NCBI GenBank assembly: GCA_965220565.1 | Contig: CBDCQG010000001.1 | Location: forward strand, 691,473 to 755,472 | DNA: 64,000 nucleotides | Reading direction: 5' to 3' | From: Dehalococcoidia bacterium | GTDB lineage: Bacteria; Chloroflexota; Dehalococcoidia; UBA6926 | Shown: one piece after another, positions 55,226 through 64,000 of the stretch | Numbering within the stretch: the stretch's first letter is position 1 | Layout of the letters: the number at the start of each line of letters is the position of its first letter | Notes under the pieces: generated by a model | What the model saw: the letters and a program-made list of their open reading frames with translations, nothing else | Told to the model about the DNA's origin: nothing | Database searches by the model: none | Program-made: the position numbers and the translations under genes

Positions 55226-55885
55226 CCACTCGGAACCGCCGTCCCACACCTCGCGTTTCCAGACCGGCGCCAGCGCTTTCACCTTCTCCACGGCCTCCCG
55301 GCACGCGTCAAAGGCTGCGCGGCGATGCGGTGAGGCCACAGCAATGACCAGTGAGGTCTCTCCGATCTCAAGCCGTCCCGTTCGGTGCCACAACGCGATG
55401 CTGCCGATGTCGAAATCGTCGAGCGTCTCGCGCCCAATCTTTCGCAGCACACCCTCAGCCATCTCCGGGTACGCCTCGTATTCAAGGAAGAGCACATGCC
55501 GCCCGAGGTTGTTGTCCCGGACGATGCCCTCAAACGTCAGTACGGCCCCATCGGTTGAGGACTTGAGGGACTCCGCGATTCTGTGGGTGTCAAGTGGCTC
55601 AGGCGTCACGCCAACCTGCACGGCCTCCGCCTCAGAGACGGCTCCTCCGCTCACGGGCGGGATCAGCGCAACTTCGTCGCCTGCGGAGATGGTGGTTGAC
55701 TGATCGACGTACTCCTGGTTGATAGCCACAACAACACCCGCGCAGCGATTCGCCAGCGCAGGATGCTGCCGCTGCGCCTCGCCTAACAGGCGTGAAACCG
55801 GCTCACCCTCGGGAATCTCAACGCTGATCTCCGAGGCGCCCACCGCCTCTCGCAGCGCTGCAAACAGTCGTACGCGAACGTCCAT
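55208..55885 (-). CDS. MoaD-MoaE fusion (molybdopterin synthase sulfur-carrier + catalytic subunit, MoaX-like)
   Basis: The MoaD part ends ...IPPVSGG and is directly followed by the MoaE domain (LTFEGIVRDNNLGRHV...). The start is at MDVRVRLF (55885) with a GGGAG RBS upstream. The ORF track's longer N-terminus is unlikely. Confidence 0.75.
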   Translation of the reverse strand: MDVRVRLFAALREAVGASEISVEIPEGEPVSRLLGEAQRQHPALANRCAGVVVAINQEYVDQSTTISAGDEVALIPPVSGGAVSEAEAVQVGVTPEPLDTHRIAESLKSSTDGAVLTFEGIVRDNNLGRHVLFLEYEAYPEMAEGVLRKIGRETLDDFDIGSIALWHRTGRLEIGETSLVIAVASPHRRAAFDACREAVEKVKALAPVWKREVWDGGSEWLRGAG

Positions 55886-56064
55886 GTGGCCATTATAGGC
55901 TCCCCGGTCACTCTTCCTAAATGCAGTAGAGAATCCGGTGATTTCATACTTGCGGCTCCGCTTGTGACGCTTGACACAAATTCGGCCAGACAGATAGACT
56001 CGCACTGTCGCGGCTGCGACCCAACGTTAACTGTTGAGGTATTGCTCTGAACAGGCTCAAGCGC

Positions 56065-57192
56065 ATGGGGAAAGGGACTCAACTCATCGGAGTGCTGACG
56101 GTTTTTATGGCCGTCGTTCTCCTCTCAGGCTGCCAGTTGGCGTTGCCGCAGAGCACGCTCCACCCGGCAGGTGACGTAGCCCAGAGTCAACAGGATCTCT
56201 TCGTCTTTATCTTCTGGATCGCCGTCGTTATCTTTATCGGCGTCCAGGGTTTCCTGATTATCGCGGTGCTCAAGTATCGTGCGAGGCGCGGCCACGAGAA
56301 TGACATCCCTCCGCAGACTCACGGCAACACGCCGCTTGAGATCGGATGGACCATCGCGCCCTCTCTGATTGTTATCGCCATTACTATCCCAACGGTCGCT
56401 GGCATCGGCGCCACGTATGACGCTCCGTCCCAATACGCCGATGACCCGTCACTCACTATTGAGGTCGTCGGCCACCAATGGTGGTGGGAGTACCGCTACC
56501 TCGATGAGAACGGCGACCTTGATTTCATCACCGCCAATGAACTGCACATTCCCATCGATACCGTCATCAACCTCAAACTCTCCTCGAATGACGTTATCCA
56601 CAGCTTCTCCGTTCCGCGCCTTGCAGGCAGCCGTGACGTCGTGCCCGGCCGCGTCAACCGTATGTGGCTGAACGCGACGGAAACCGGTGTGTACGCGGGG
56701 CAGTGCAAGGAGTTCTGTGGAGATTCCCACGCCTTGATGCGAACCGTCGCCTTTGCGCGCGAGCTCGATGATTACGAGGCATGGGCCGCGAATGAGCGCC
56801 AGCCGGCGGTGGACAGAACTGCGGCGATGGAAGCGGGCTGGGTCGTGTTCCAGGAGAATGCCTGCCGCGGCTGCCACACCATTGAGGGCTCAACCGAGGA
56901 CGAGTATGAGTTGGCCATTGGTGTGACCGGCCCCAACCTCTCGCACTTTGGGTCGCGTGTCACCATTGCGGCCAACACACTGCACAAGGGCCCGGCGGAT
57001 ATGAACATGGGCGCTTTCTTCGATGACGTGCCGACTGATCCGGACTTCATGCAGCGCGATCCGGAGGCTGAAAACCTCAAGCGGTGGCTCAACAACGCGC
57101 CGGATGTGAAGCCCGGCACGGAGATGCCTGATCTTAACCTCACTGACCAGCAGCTTGATGATCTCGTATTCTTCCTGGAGAGCCTGAAGTAA
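56065..57192 (+). CDS. ctaC: Cytochrome c oxidase subunit II with C-terminal cytochrome c domain (caa3-type)
   Basis: It has two TM helices, the CuA site H...CKEFCGDSHALM, and the C-terminal heme-c site CRGCH. Confidence 0.9.
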   Translation: MGKGTQLIGVLTVFMAVVLLSGCQLALPQSTLHPAGDVAQSQQDLFVFIFWIAVVIFIGVQGFLIIAVLKYRARRGHENDIPPQTHGNTPLEIGWTIAPSLIVIAITIPTVAGIGATYDAPSQYADDPSLTIEVVGHQWWWEYRYLDENGDLDFITANELHIPIDTVINLKLSSNDVIHSFSVPRLAGSRDVVPGRVNRMWLNATETGVYAGQCKEFCGDSHALMRTVAFARELDDYEAWAANERQPAVDRTAAMEAGWVVFQENACRGCHTIEGSTEDEYELAIGVTGPNLSHFGSRVTIAANTLHKGPADMNMGAFFDDVPTDPDFMQRDPEAENLKRWLNNAPDVKPGTEMPDLNLTDQQLDDLVFFLESLK

Positions 57193-57215
57193 CGGGCGGC
57201 AGGCTGAAGGAGTAG

Positions 57216-59078
57216 ATGACGATGGCTATGCTAGGGGGCTTGCTCGAGAGACCCACCGGGACAACCGGTATCTGGAGTTGGCTGACGACGATCGATCACA
57301 AGAGGATCGGTACGCTCTACCTTGTCACGGCGTTCTTCTTCTTCATTGTCGGCGGCATTGAGGCCAGCCTGATGCGGCTGCAGCTGGCGGTTCCGGATTC
57401 GACCATCATCAGCGCCAATGTGTTCAGCCAGCTGTTCACGATGCATGCGCTGACCATGATCTTCCTGGCCATCATGCCGCTCAGCGTGGCGTTCTTTAAC
57501 TGGATTGTCCCGCTGCAGATTGGCGCGCGGGACGTTGCATTCCCACGCCTGAACGCCCTCAGCTACTGGGTGTTCCTCTTTGGCGCGATCATCCTGAACC
57601 TTGGCTGGTTCACCATGACCGCTCCGGCGGCCGGCTGGTTTGCCTACGCCAACCTGACCAACACCACCTTCTCTCCCACCAGCGGCATGGACTTTTACGT
57701 CCTCGGCCTGCTTGTGCTGGGAACGTCCTCACTGCTGGGCGCGTTCAACTTCGTTGTGACCATCATCAATCTGCGCGCCCCCGGCATGTCGCTTATGCGA
57801 ATGCCGATCTTCACGTGGATGGCGTTCATCACGTCCTTCCTGCTGGCCCTGGCCATGCCCGTCATCACGATCGGCCTGGTCGAGTTGGGCTTCGACCGGT
57901 TCTTTGGCACAAACTTCTTCGTGTTTGAGCGCGGCGGTGATGTGCTTCTCTGGCAGCACCTGTTCTGGGTGTTCGGCCATCCGGAGGTATACATCCTCAT
58001 CCTGCCGGCCATGGGAATCGTTTCCGAGATCCTGCCCACGTTTTCCCGCAAGCCGCTCTTCGGCTTCCCGGTCGTCGTCTTCTCCGGCCTGACCATCGCA
58101 TTCCTTGGATGGTCCGTGTGGGCGCACCACATGTTTGCCGCCGGTCTCGGCCCCGTGCCGGACGCCGTTTTCGCGACGACAACAATGGCGATTGCCATCC
58201 CCACCGGCGTCAAGGTGTTCAACTGGCTGGCAACGTTATGGGGAGGCAACATACAGCTCAAGACGCCGATGTACTTTGCAATCGGGTTCATTGCGCTGTT
58301 CACCATCGGCGGACTGAGCGGCATGACACACGCCGCCGCCCCGTCCGACCTACAACAGACGGATACCTACTACATCGTTGCCCACATTCATTACGTGCTC
58401 TTTGGCGGCTCGATCATGGCTATCCTGGGCGGAATCTTCTACTGGTTCCCGAAGATGTCCGGCCGCATGATGAGCGAATACCTGGGCAAGTGGAGCTTCT
58501 GGCTTGTCTTCATCGGCATGAACATGACGTTTGGTCCGATGCACTACCTGGGCCTCGTCGGGATGCCGCGGCGGAACTTCACGTTCCCTGAAGGCATGGG
58601 CTGGGACGTGTGGAACCTGGTGGCATCGCTTAGCGTGCTGTTCATGATCTTCGGAGTCGGGGTGTTCGTGTACAACGCGCTTCGCAGCGCGCGCAGCGGC
58701 GCGGTTGCCGGGAATGACCCGTGGGATGCCCGCACGCTGGAATGGGCGATGTCATCCCCGCCGCCGCACTATAACTTTGCCGAGATTCCGGTCGTCCATG
58801 GCCGTGACGCCCTCTGGGAGCAGAAGTACCCGGATGAGGAGCATGCCGCTCCGCAACCCGTTCCCGCCGGCGGCGCTGATGAGGCAGATGAGCACCATGA
58901 CATCCACATGCCGAGCCCATCCTACTTCCCGTTGATTGTCGCGCTTGGCATCTTTGCTCTGGGCATCACGATGCTGCTCTATCAGGCCTCTCCCATCGCC
59001 GGTTATGTCGCAGGCGCGATCGGCCTGATCCTCCTGCTCTGGGGCTCATACGGCTGGATCTTCGAGCCAACGGACTGA
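57216..59078 (+). CDS. ctaD: Cytochrome c oxidase subunit I (heme-copper oxidase catalytic subunit)
   Basis: WLTTIDHKRIGTLY, the 12-TM core and the conserved His ligands. 620 aa. Confidence 0.95.
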   Translation: MTMAMLGGLLERPTGTTGIWSWLTTIDHKRIGTLYLVTAFFFFIVGGIEASLMRLQLAVPDSTIISANVFSQLFTMHALTMIFLAIMPLSVAFFNWIVPLQIGARDVAFPRLNALSYWVFLFGAIILNLGWFTMTAPAAGWFAYANLTNTTFSPTSGMDFYVLGLLVLGTSSLLGAFNFVVTIINLRAPGMSLMRMPIFTWMAFITSFLLALAMPVITIGLVELGFDRFFGTNFFVFERGGDVLLWQHLFWVFGHPEVYILILPAMGIVSEILPTFSRKPLFGFPVVVFSGLTIAFLGWSVWAHHMFAAGLGPVPDAVFATTTMAIAIPTGVKVFNWLATLWGGNIQLKTPMYFAIGFIALFTIGGLSGMTHAAAPSDLQQTDTYYIVAHIHYVLFGGSIMAILGGIFYWFPKMSGRMMSEYLGKWSFWLVFIGMNMTFGPMHYLGLVGMPRRNFTFPEGMGWDVWNLVASLSVLFMIFGVGVFVYNALRSARSGAVAGNDPWDARTLEWAMSSPPPHYNFAEIPVVHGRDALWEQKYPDEEHAAPQPVPAGGADEADEHHDIHMPSPSYFPLIVALGIFALGITMLLYQASPIAGYVAGAIGLILLLWGSYGWIFEPTD

Positions 59079-59116
59079 ATAAGAGACCGACCAGGAAACG
59101 CTAAAGGACATCGTAC

Positions 59117-59719
<603 letters not shown>

Positions 59720-59757
59720 GGCGGGCTAAGAGGACACGCAAAGCGAGGAACGGCAAC

Positions 59758-60069
59758 ATGGCGACAGCAGAGCAACAGGCGCACACGGAAGATCACCCAA
59801 CTCCGCGTACCTATGTCCAGGTCGCGATCCTCCTCACGGTCATCACGATCATTGAGGTTGCCATCGTCATCGTTGACGTGCCTGCAGTCATCCTCATTTC
59901 ATCGTTGCTCGCCTTATCCGCCGTCAAATTCGCCTTCGTCGTCGGCTGGTTCATGCATCTCAAGTTCGACGCAAAACTGTACCAGGCCCTTTTCCTCGGC
60001 GGCCTCTTCCTGGCGATAGCCGTCCTGCTGGCATTGGTCGCGCTCTTCGAGAACTTCACCCTCCCATGA
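59758..60069 (+). CDS. ctaF: Cytochrome c oxidase subunit IV (prokaryotic caa3 CtaF-like)
   Basis: The 103-aa ORF has 2-3 TM helices, including the HLKFD motif. Its position is directly after ctaE. Confidence 0.7.
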   Translation: MATAEQQAHTEDHPTPRTYVQVAILLTVITIIEVAIVIVDVPAVILISSLLALSAVKFAFVVGWFMHLKFDAKLYQALFLGGLFLAIAVLLALVALFENFTLP

Positions 60070-60118
60070 GAGACGGAACGAGAGATTAGTAGAGGAACCG
60101 GGAAAAGGTAGGACAAGC

Positions 60119-60400
60119 ATGGCGGCGGACCACGACGAACACACAGGAACGAACAACGTCATGGATCGGCTTATTGTTCCGATCATGTTGCCGGTTGTCG
60201 CCCTCATCGTCACCGTCGTGCTGATTGTTGCAATCGGACAACTCCTCTATGCCGTCGTCCCGCATGACTATGTGAAGCTGGCCGGCGAAAAGGTCTACTA
60301 CTCAGTGCCCGTCGCGCTTGGCCTGGCGCTCATCTTTCTCATCGGATTCGCTTTCCTGGCGGCCCGCGCGCCGGACGACGACGGCGGCGACTCCCAGTAG
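60119..60400 (+). CDS. Small hypothetical membrane protein within the oxidase cluster
   Basis: 93-aa ORF with 2 TM helices. Confidence 0.4.
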   Translation: MAADHDEHTGTNNVMDRLIVPIMLPVVALIVTVVLIVAIGQLLYAVVPHDYVKLAGEKVYYSVPVALGLALIFLIGFAFLAARAPDDDGGDSQ

Positions 60401-60494
60401 CTTGTCGCCGCTGAGTCACGGCGGCCCAACCGCTTTGGCACATTTACAGCGCGTCGGCATCCGCAACGCGCCGGAAAAGGCGTAGGATTGCGGC

Positions 60495-61385
60495 ATGAAT
60501 GACCTCGGTGATTACCTGCTCGTGTGGTCGTGGGAGCCGCTGACGCTGTTCTTCGTCGGCCTCCTTGGACTCGCCTACGTTAGGGGACTGCGCGGGCTGA
60601 ATCCGCTCAAGGTTCGCGTGGTCACCAACTGGCGTGCGGCATCGTTCGCCGTCGGGCTGCTAGTGCTGCTTCTTTCCCTCATCTCGCCGATTGACACGCT
60701 CGGGGGGCGGCTCTTCGCTTTCCACATGGCGCAGCACATGCTCCTCACGCACGTCGCCGTGCCGTTGATTCTCCTCGGCGCGCCGGTTCTCCCCGTCGCG
60801 CGCGGCATGGGATACGGCATCCGCCGCCTGACCGTCATCAAACTTGCCAGGGCGCCGCAAGTGCGCTACGTCTTTCACATCCTCATCCATCCGCTGTTCA
60901 GCCTGGCTGTCTTCGTGACTGCGATCTGGGCGTGGCACGTCCCGGGGGCGTACGCTGCCGCCGTCACCAATGATCTCGCCCACATCGGCCAGCACGCCAG
61001 TTTCATCACCGCCGCAACGATCTTCTGGTGGGCCATCATCGACCCGACGCCCATCCGCGGCAAGGTTCCGTACCTCGGCAGGCTCGTTATCGTCGTTATG
61101 GCGCTTTCCTTGACGTTCCCCTTGGCCGCGATGCTGACATTTGCGGCCGACCCCTGGTACGCGCCCTACATCGGGCAGGAGCCGCTATGGGGCATCGACG
61201 CGATGACCGATCAGCAGATTGGCGGACTCATCATGTGGGTTGGCGGCATCGCGCCGTACTTCCTCGCGATTGCGGGGCTGTTCATCGTTGCGGTTCGCCG
61301 TGATGAAGAGGATACCCGCCGCTCGCGTGCCGCGCTCTACAGGAACCCGCCAAATCATGCCCCGCAGAGTCCGGCGACCACATGA
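60495..61385 (+). CDS. ctaG: Cytochrome c oxidase caa3-type assembly factor CtaG (Caa3_CtaG family)
   Basis: Polytopic ORF with the conserved FHMAQHMLL motif. It has operon context with cta genes. Confidence 0.7.
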   Translation: MNDLGDYLLVWSWEPLTLFFVGLLGLAYVRGLRGLNPLKVRVVTNWRAASFAVGLLVLLLSLISPIDTLGGRLFAFHMAQHMLLTHVAVPLILLGAPVLPVARGMGYGIRRLTVIKLARAPQVRYVFHILIHPLFSLAVFVTAIWAWHVPGAYAAAVTNDLAHIGQHASFITAATIFWWAIIDPTPIRGKVPYLGRLVIVVMALSLTFPLAAMLTFAADPWYAPYIGQEPLWGIDAMTDQQIGGLIMWVGGIAPYFLAIAGLFIVAVRRDEEDTRRSRAALYRNPPNHAPQSPATT

Positions 61386-63286
61386 TGTCCACTACGTCGT
61401 CTAGTGCCGACCTGCGCTACCGCAAATCTCTGTTGGGACTTGCGCTGGCGGCGGCAATCACAACCGTCTTTCTGATCAGCCTTGGCAGCTTCGTGCGCGT
61501 CACGGGCTCCGGCCTCGCGTGCCCGGACTGGCCGCTGTGCCATGGCAGCATCATCCCGCCGTTTGAGTACCACATCCTCATCGAATACTCTCACCGGCTG
61601 ACGGCGGCCATTGTTGGGCTGCTTGTGGCCGCCATGTTCGTCGTGGCTTTCCTCGCCTCACGCGCTGATGAACAGCCAACCCGGCGGGCGCTTATCCCTT
61701 CCGCGATCACCCTCGTCGTCATGCTGACGCAGGCGGGGCTGGGCGGCGTCGCCGTGATCACTGAACTCCCACCGCCAATTGTCACGCTGCACCTCTTCCT
61801 TGCCGAGGCCATCCTCGCGCTGCTCATCGTGACCATGATGGCCGCCGCGCCCGGCCGGACGACGCCCACAGACGGGCAGGGCATCTCTCGCCGGGATGCA
61901 AGACGACTCTACCTCTGGGCTGTCATTGCCGCCGTCATAACATTGGTGATGATCCTCTCCGGCTCATACGTCGTGGCTGAGGAGGCGACGCTTGCCTGTG
62001 GCAGTGGATTCTCCGCGTGGCCGTTGTGCGACGGCGCGATCATGCCGAGTGGATTCGACCCGAATATCCACATGGGGCATCGCTGGATGGTTGTCATCGG
62101 AACCATCACCACCGGCTACGTTGCATTCCTCGCGTGGCGGCAGAAAGAGAATGACCGAATGATCAGCCGGGTGGGGCAGGCCACGCTTCACCTGCTGGCT
62201 GTGCAGATCGTCGTCGGCGCGCTTGTGCCGTGGACGGAGTTCCACCATGCAGCGCGCGTTGCGCACATCACGCTTGCCTCGCTGACGTGGGCTGCCGCCG
62301 TCCTGCTGGTGATTCTCGCCGCGCGGGCGCGTGCTGACGCGACCGACGATGAGGCGGCGAACCGGCAAACACAGATGCCGCCCGCTCCCGCCGGAGGCTC
62401 GGGCATGGCGGCGACCTCGACGCTCAGGGTGACTGCGTCCGATTACTTCTGGCTGACCAAGCCGCGCGTCATGGTGCTGTTGCTGCTGACGGCGCTGGGA
62501 GGAATGGTCCTTGCCGCGCAAGGCTTGCCGACCCTGACCGTTGCCGTGGCGGTCTTGCTGGGCGGCGCGTTGGCATCCGGCGGCGCAGGGGCTATCAATC
62601 AAGGCCTTGAGGGGAACATCGACTCTGCGATGATGAGGACGCGCCATCGCCCCGTCGCAAGCGGCCGCATCAGCCCCCGGATGGCGATCGCCTACGGCAT
62701 CGTCCTCAACGTGATGGCGTTCGTCGTACTGGCAGGCGGAGCGAACGTCCTCGCTGCGTCAATAACCCTCAGTGGATCGCTCTTCTATGTCTTTGTCTAC
62801 ACACTTTGGCTCAAGCAGACCACCGTGCAGAACATCGTCATTGGCGGGGCGGCGGGCGCCGTGCCGCCCCTCGTGGGTTGGGCGGGCGTGACCGGAGACC
62901 TGGGCCTGCCCGCAATCTACCTGTTCCTGATCATCTTCTTCTGGACGCCGCCGCATTTCTGGGCGCTCTCGCTGATGATCAAGGACGATTATGAGCGGGC
63001 CAGCGTGCCGATGATGCCGGTCATCCTCGGGGAAGAAAGCACGCGCATCAGCATCTTCCTCTATACGATCCTGGTGAATATCCTCGCCCTGCTGCTCTAC
63101 ATATCAACGGTGCGGCTCAGCGCCGTCTACCTCGCGGGCGCAATCGCCTTGGGGGGAATGTTCACCTACTACGCGTACCGACTGCTCAAGGAGAAGGATC
63201 GCGCCGCTGCCCTGCGCCTCTACAAGTACTCTCTGCTGTACCTGGCCTTGCTGTTCCTAATGGTGATGGTCGACCAGATCGTCTGA
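61382..63286 (+). CDS. Fused heme A synthase (CtaA/COX15) - protoheme IX farnesyltransferase (CtaB/CyoE)
   Basis: The N-terminal half has FVRVTGSGLACPDWPLCHG and His-pair TM motifs (CtaA). The C-terminal half is the UbiA-family CtaB (YFWLTKPRVMVLLL..., NQGLEGNIDSAM). 634 aa. It overlaps ctaG by 4 nt. Confidence 0.85.
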   Translation: MMSTTSSSADLRYRKSLLGLALAAAITTVFLISLGSFVRVTGSGLACPDWPLCHGSIIPPFEYHILIEYSHRLTAAIVGLLVAAMFVVAFLASRADEQPTRRALIPSAITLVVMLTQAGLGGVAVITELPPPIVTLHLFLAEAILALLIVTMMAAAPGRTTPTDGQGISRRDARRLYLWAVIAAVITLVMILSGSYVVAEEATLACGSGFSAWPLCDGAIMPSGFDPNIHMGHRWMVVIGTITTGYVAFLAWRQKENDRMISRVGQATLHLLAVQIVVGALVPWTEFHHAARVAHITLASLTWAAAVLLVILAARARADATDDEAANRQTQMPPAPAGGSGMAATSTLRVTASDYFWLTKPRVMVLLLLTALGGMVLAAQGLPTLTVAVAVLLGGALASGGAGAINQGLEGNIDSAMMRTRHRPVASGRISPRMAIAYGIVLNVMAFVVLAGGANVLAASITLSGSLFYVFVYTLWLKQTTVQNIVIGGAAGAVPPLVGWAGVTGDLGLPAIYLFLIIFFWTPPHFWALSLMIKDDYERASVPMMPVILGEESTRISIFLYTILVNILALLLYISTVRLSAVYLAGAIALGGMFTYYAYRLLKEKDRAAALRLYKYSLLYLALLFLMVMVDQIV

Positions 63287-63301
63287 ACGTGCTCCGGCAG
63301 C

Positions 63302-63526
63302 CTAGAGTTGTTGTAGGGTCAACACGCCCATCAACCCGACAAGCGCGACCAGGATGGCGATCAACGCGCCAGTGACCCGCCATGCCAATTGGCTTCCCAT
63401 CCGTGCGATGTCCGCCCGCAATTCTCCGCGTAGAGATTCCAGGTCCGCCTTCGTAGCCAGGTGCCTCTGGGATTCTTCGAGCCGCGCAAGGCGGTCATAA
63501 ACATCATCGACAGTTGCCATATACAC
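63302..63526 (-). CDS. Small hypothetical protein with C-terminal TM helix
   Basis: 74-aa ORF. The call is weak. Confidence 0.3.
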   Translation of the reverse strand: MYMATVDDVYDRLARLEESQRHLATKADLESLRGELRADIARMGSQLAWRVTGALIAILVALVGLMGVLTLQQL

Positions 63527-63562
63527 TCTCCAACTACTGCCATTATAGGCAGACCGACCCGG

Positions 63563-63757
63563 CTATTGCTCGCCGGAATCCGATTCGTCTTTTTCGTCTT
63601 GCCCGGCTTCTCTGAGCGCGTCGATCTGGGATCGGATATCGGACTGCCGTCTGGCCATGTAGTAGAGATAACCGAAAAACACAATCCACACCGCGGCGTA
63701 GGCCACGAACACAAAGATTGGGCTGAAGTCCCCGAAATCGTTCTCCACGTCTAACAA
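63563..63757 (-). CDS. Small hypothetical membrane protein
   Basis: 64-aa ORF with one TM helix. The call is weak. Confidence 0.3.
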   Translation of the reverse strand: MLDVENDFGDFSPIFVFVAYAAVWIVFFGYLYYMARRQSDIRSQIDALREAGQDEKDESDSGEQ

Positions 63758-63764
63758 TCCCTCC

Positions 63765-63989
63765 CTACAAGACGTCGTGTTCTGCCCGCAGCTCGTTCAG
63801 TTCACGCTGTGATTCCTCAACGCGCATGCGGAATGACATCAGGTAGGCGTACAGGAGCGTGAATGCCAGCATTCCGAACAGGAACGGCACCAATATCGAG
63901 CCCTCCGGCCTGTCAGTGGACGATTGCAGCGTCGGCACAGGATGGAGGACGTTCGTCCACAGCCAGATGGAGAAATAGGAGAGGGGCAC
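63765..63989 (-). CDS. Hypothetical membrane protein, probably 5'-partial at the window end
   Basis: ORF truncated by the window edge. Confidence 0.3.
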   Translation of the reverse strand: MPLSYFSIWLWTNVLHPVPTLQSSTDRPEGSILVPFLFGMLAFTLLYAYLMSFRMRVEESQRELNELRAEHDVL

Positions 63990-64000
63990 ACTGACGAAGC

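Noticed and set aside
55886-56064. Possible Moco riboswitch in the AT-richer divergent region between moaDE and ctaC
   Set aside because: I could not recognise the conserved Moco-motif stems by eye, and the region is equally well explained as divergent promoters. This needs an Rfam scan.

Overview
This is a GC-rich (about 63-65%) bacterial chromosomal segment with dense coding on both strands. The gene content resembles a Chloroflexota-like genome (low-confidence guess). It includes a DUF2298 'YYY' membrane protein, a TIGR03663/GT39-like membrane protein, fused ctaA-ctaB, a DUF1385-rpmE pair, and families of small palindromic interspersed repeats. Most of the window is housekeeping: korAB 2-oxoacid:ferredoxin oxidoreductase, miaB, tRNA-Ser, tRNA-Arg, rplU-rpmA, rpmE, glyQS, MoaD-MoaE, and a caa3-type cytochrome oxidase operon with assembly genes. 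The clear accessory region lies at about 29.4-42.8 kb. It holds a 3190-aa highly reducing type I polyketide synthase (KS-AT-DH-cMT-ER-KR-ACP followed by a second, AT-less KS), then a standalone ACP, an Sfp-type PPTase and an alpha/beta hydrolase. Next to it are a 42-aa His/Cys-rich peptide gene with its own intrinsic terminator and a CDF metal exporter with a His-rich tandem-repeat N-terminus. Other things worth a second look: (1) a MetE-like methyltransferase gene interrupted by a single in-frame TGA exactly at the zinc-ligand Cys of the H-x-C motif, with a nearby hairpin (selenocysteine candidate versus fresh pseudogene); (2) an RlmD(RumA)-Maf in-frame fusion carrying an in-frame interspersed-repeat insertion; (3) a tandem CoA-transferase whose linker is encoded by another interspersed repeat; (4) an SbcD/Mre11-like nuclease fused to a GNAT acetyltransferase; (5) a solo NucS/RecB-like PD-(D/E)xK nuclease; (6) a large serine recombinase homolog that appears to lack the catalytic serine; (7) a perfect 26-bp AT-rich palindrome. 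No CRISPR array, rRNA or obvious intact mobile element was seen.
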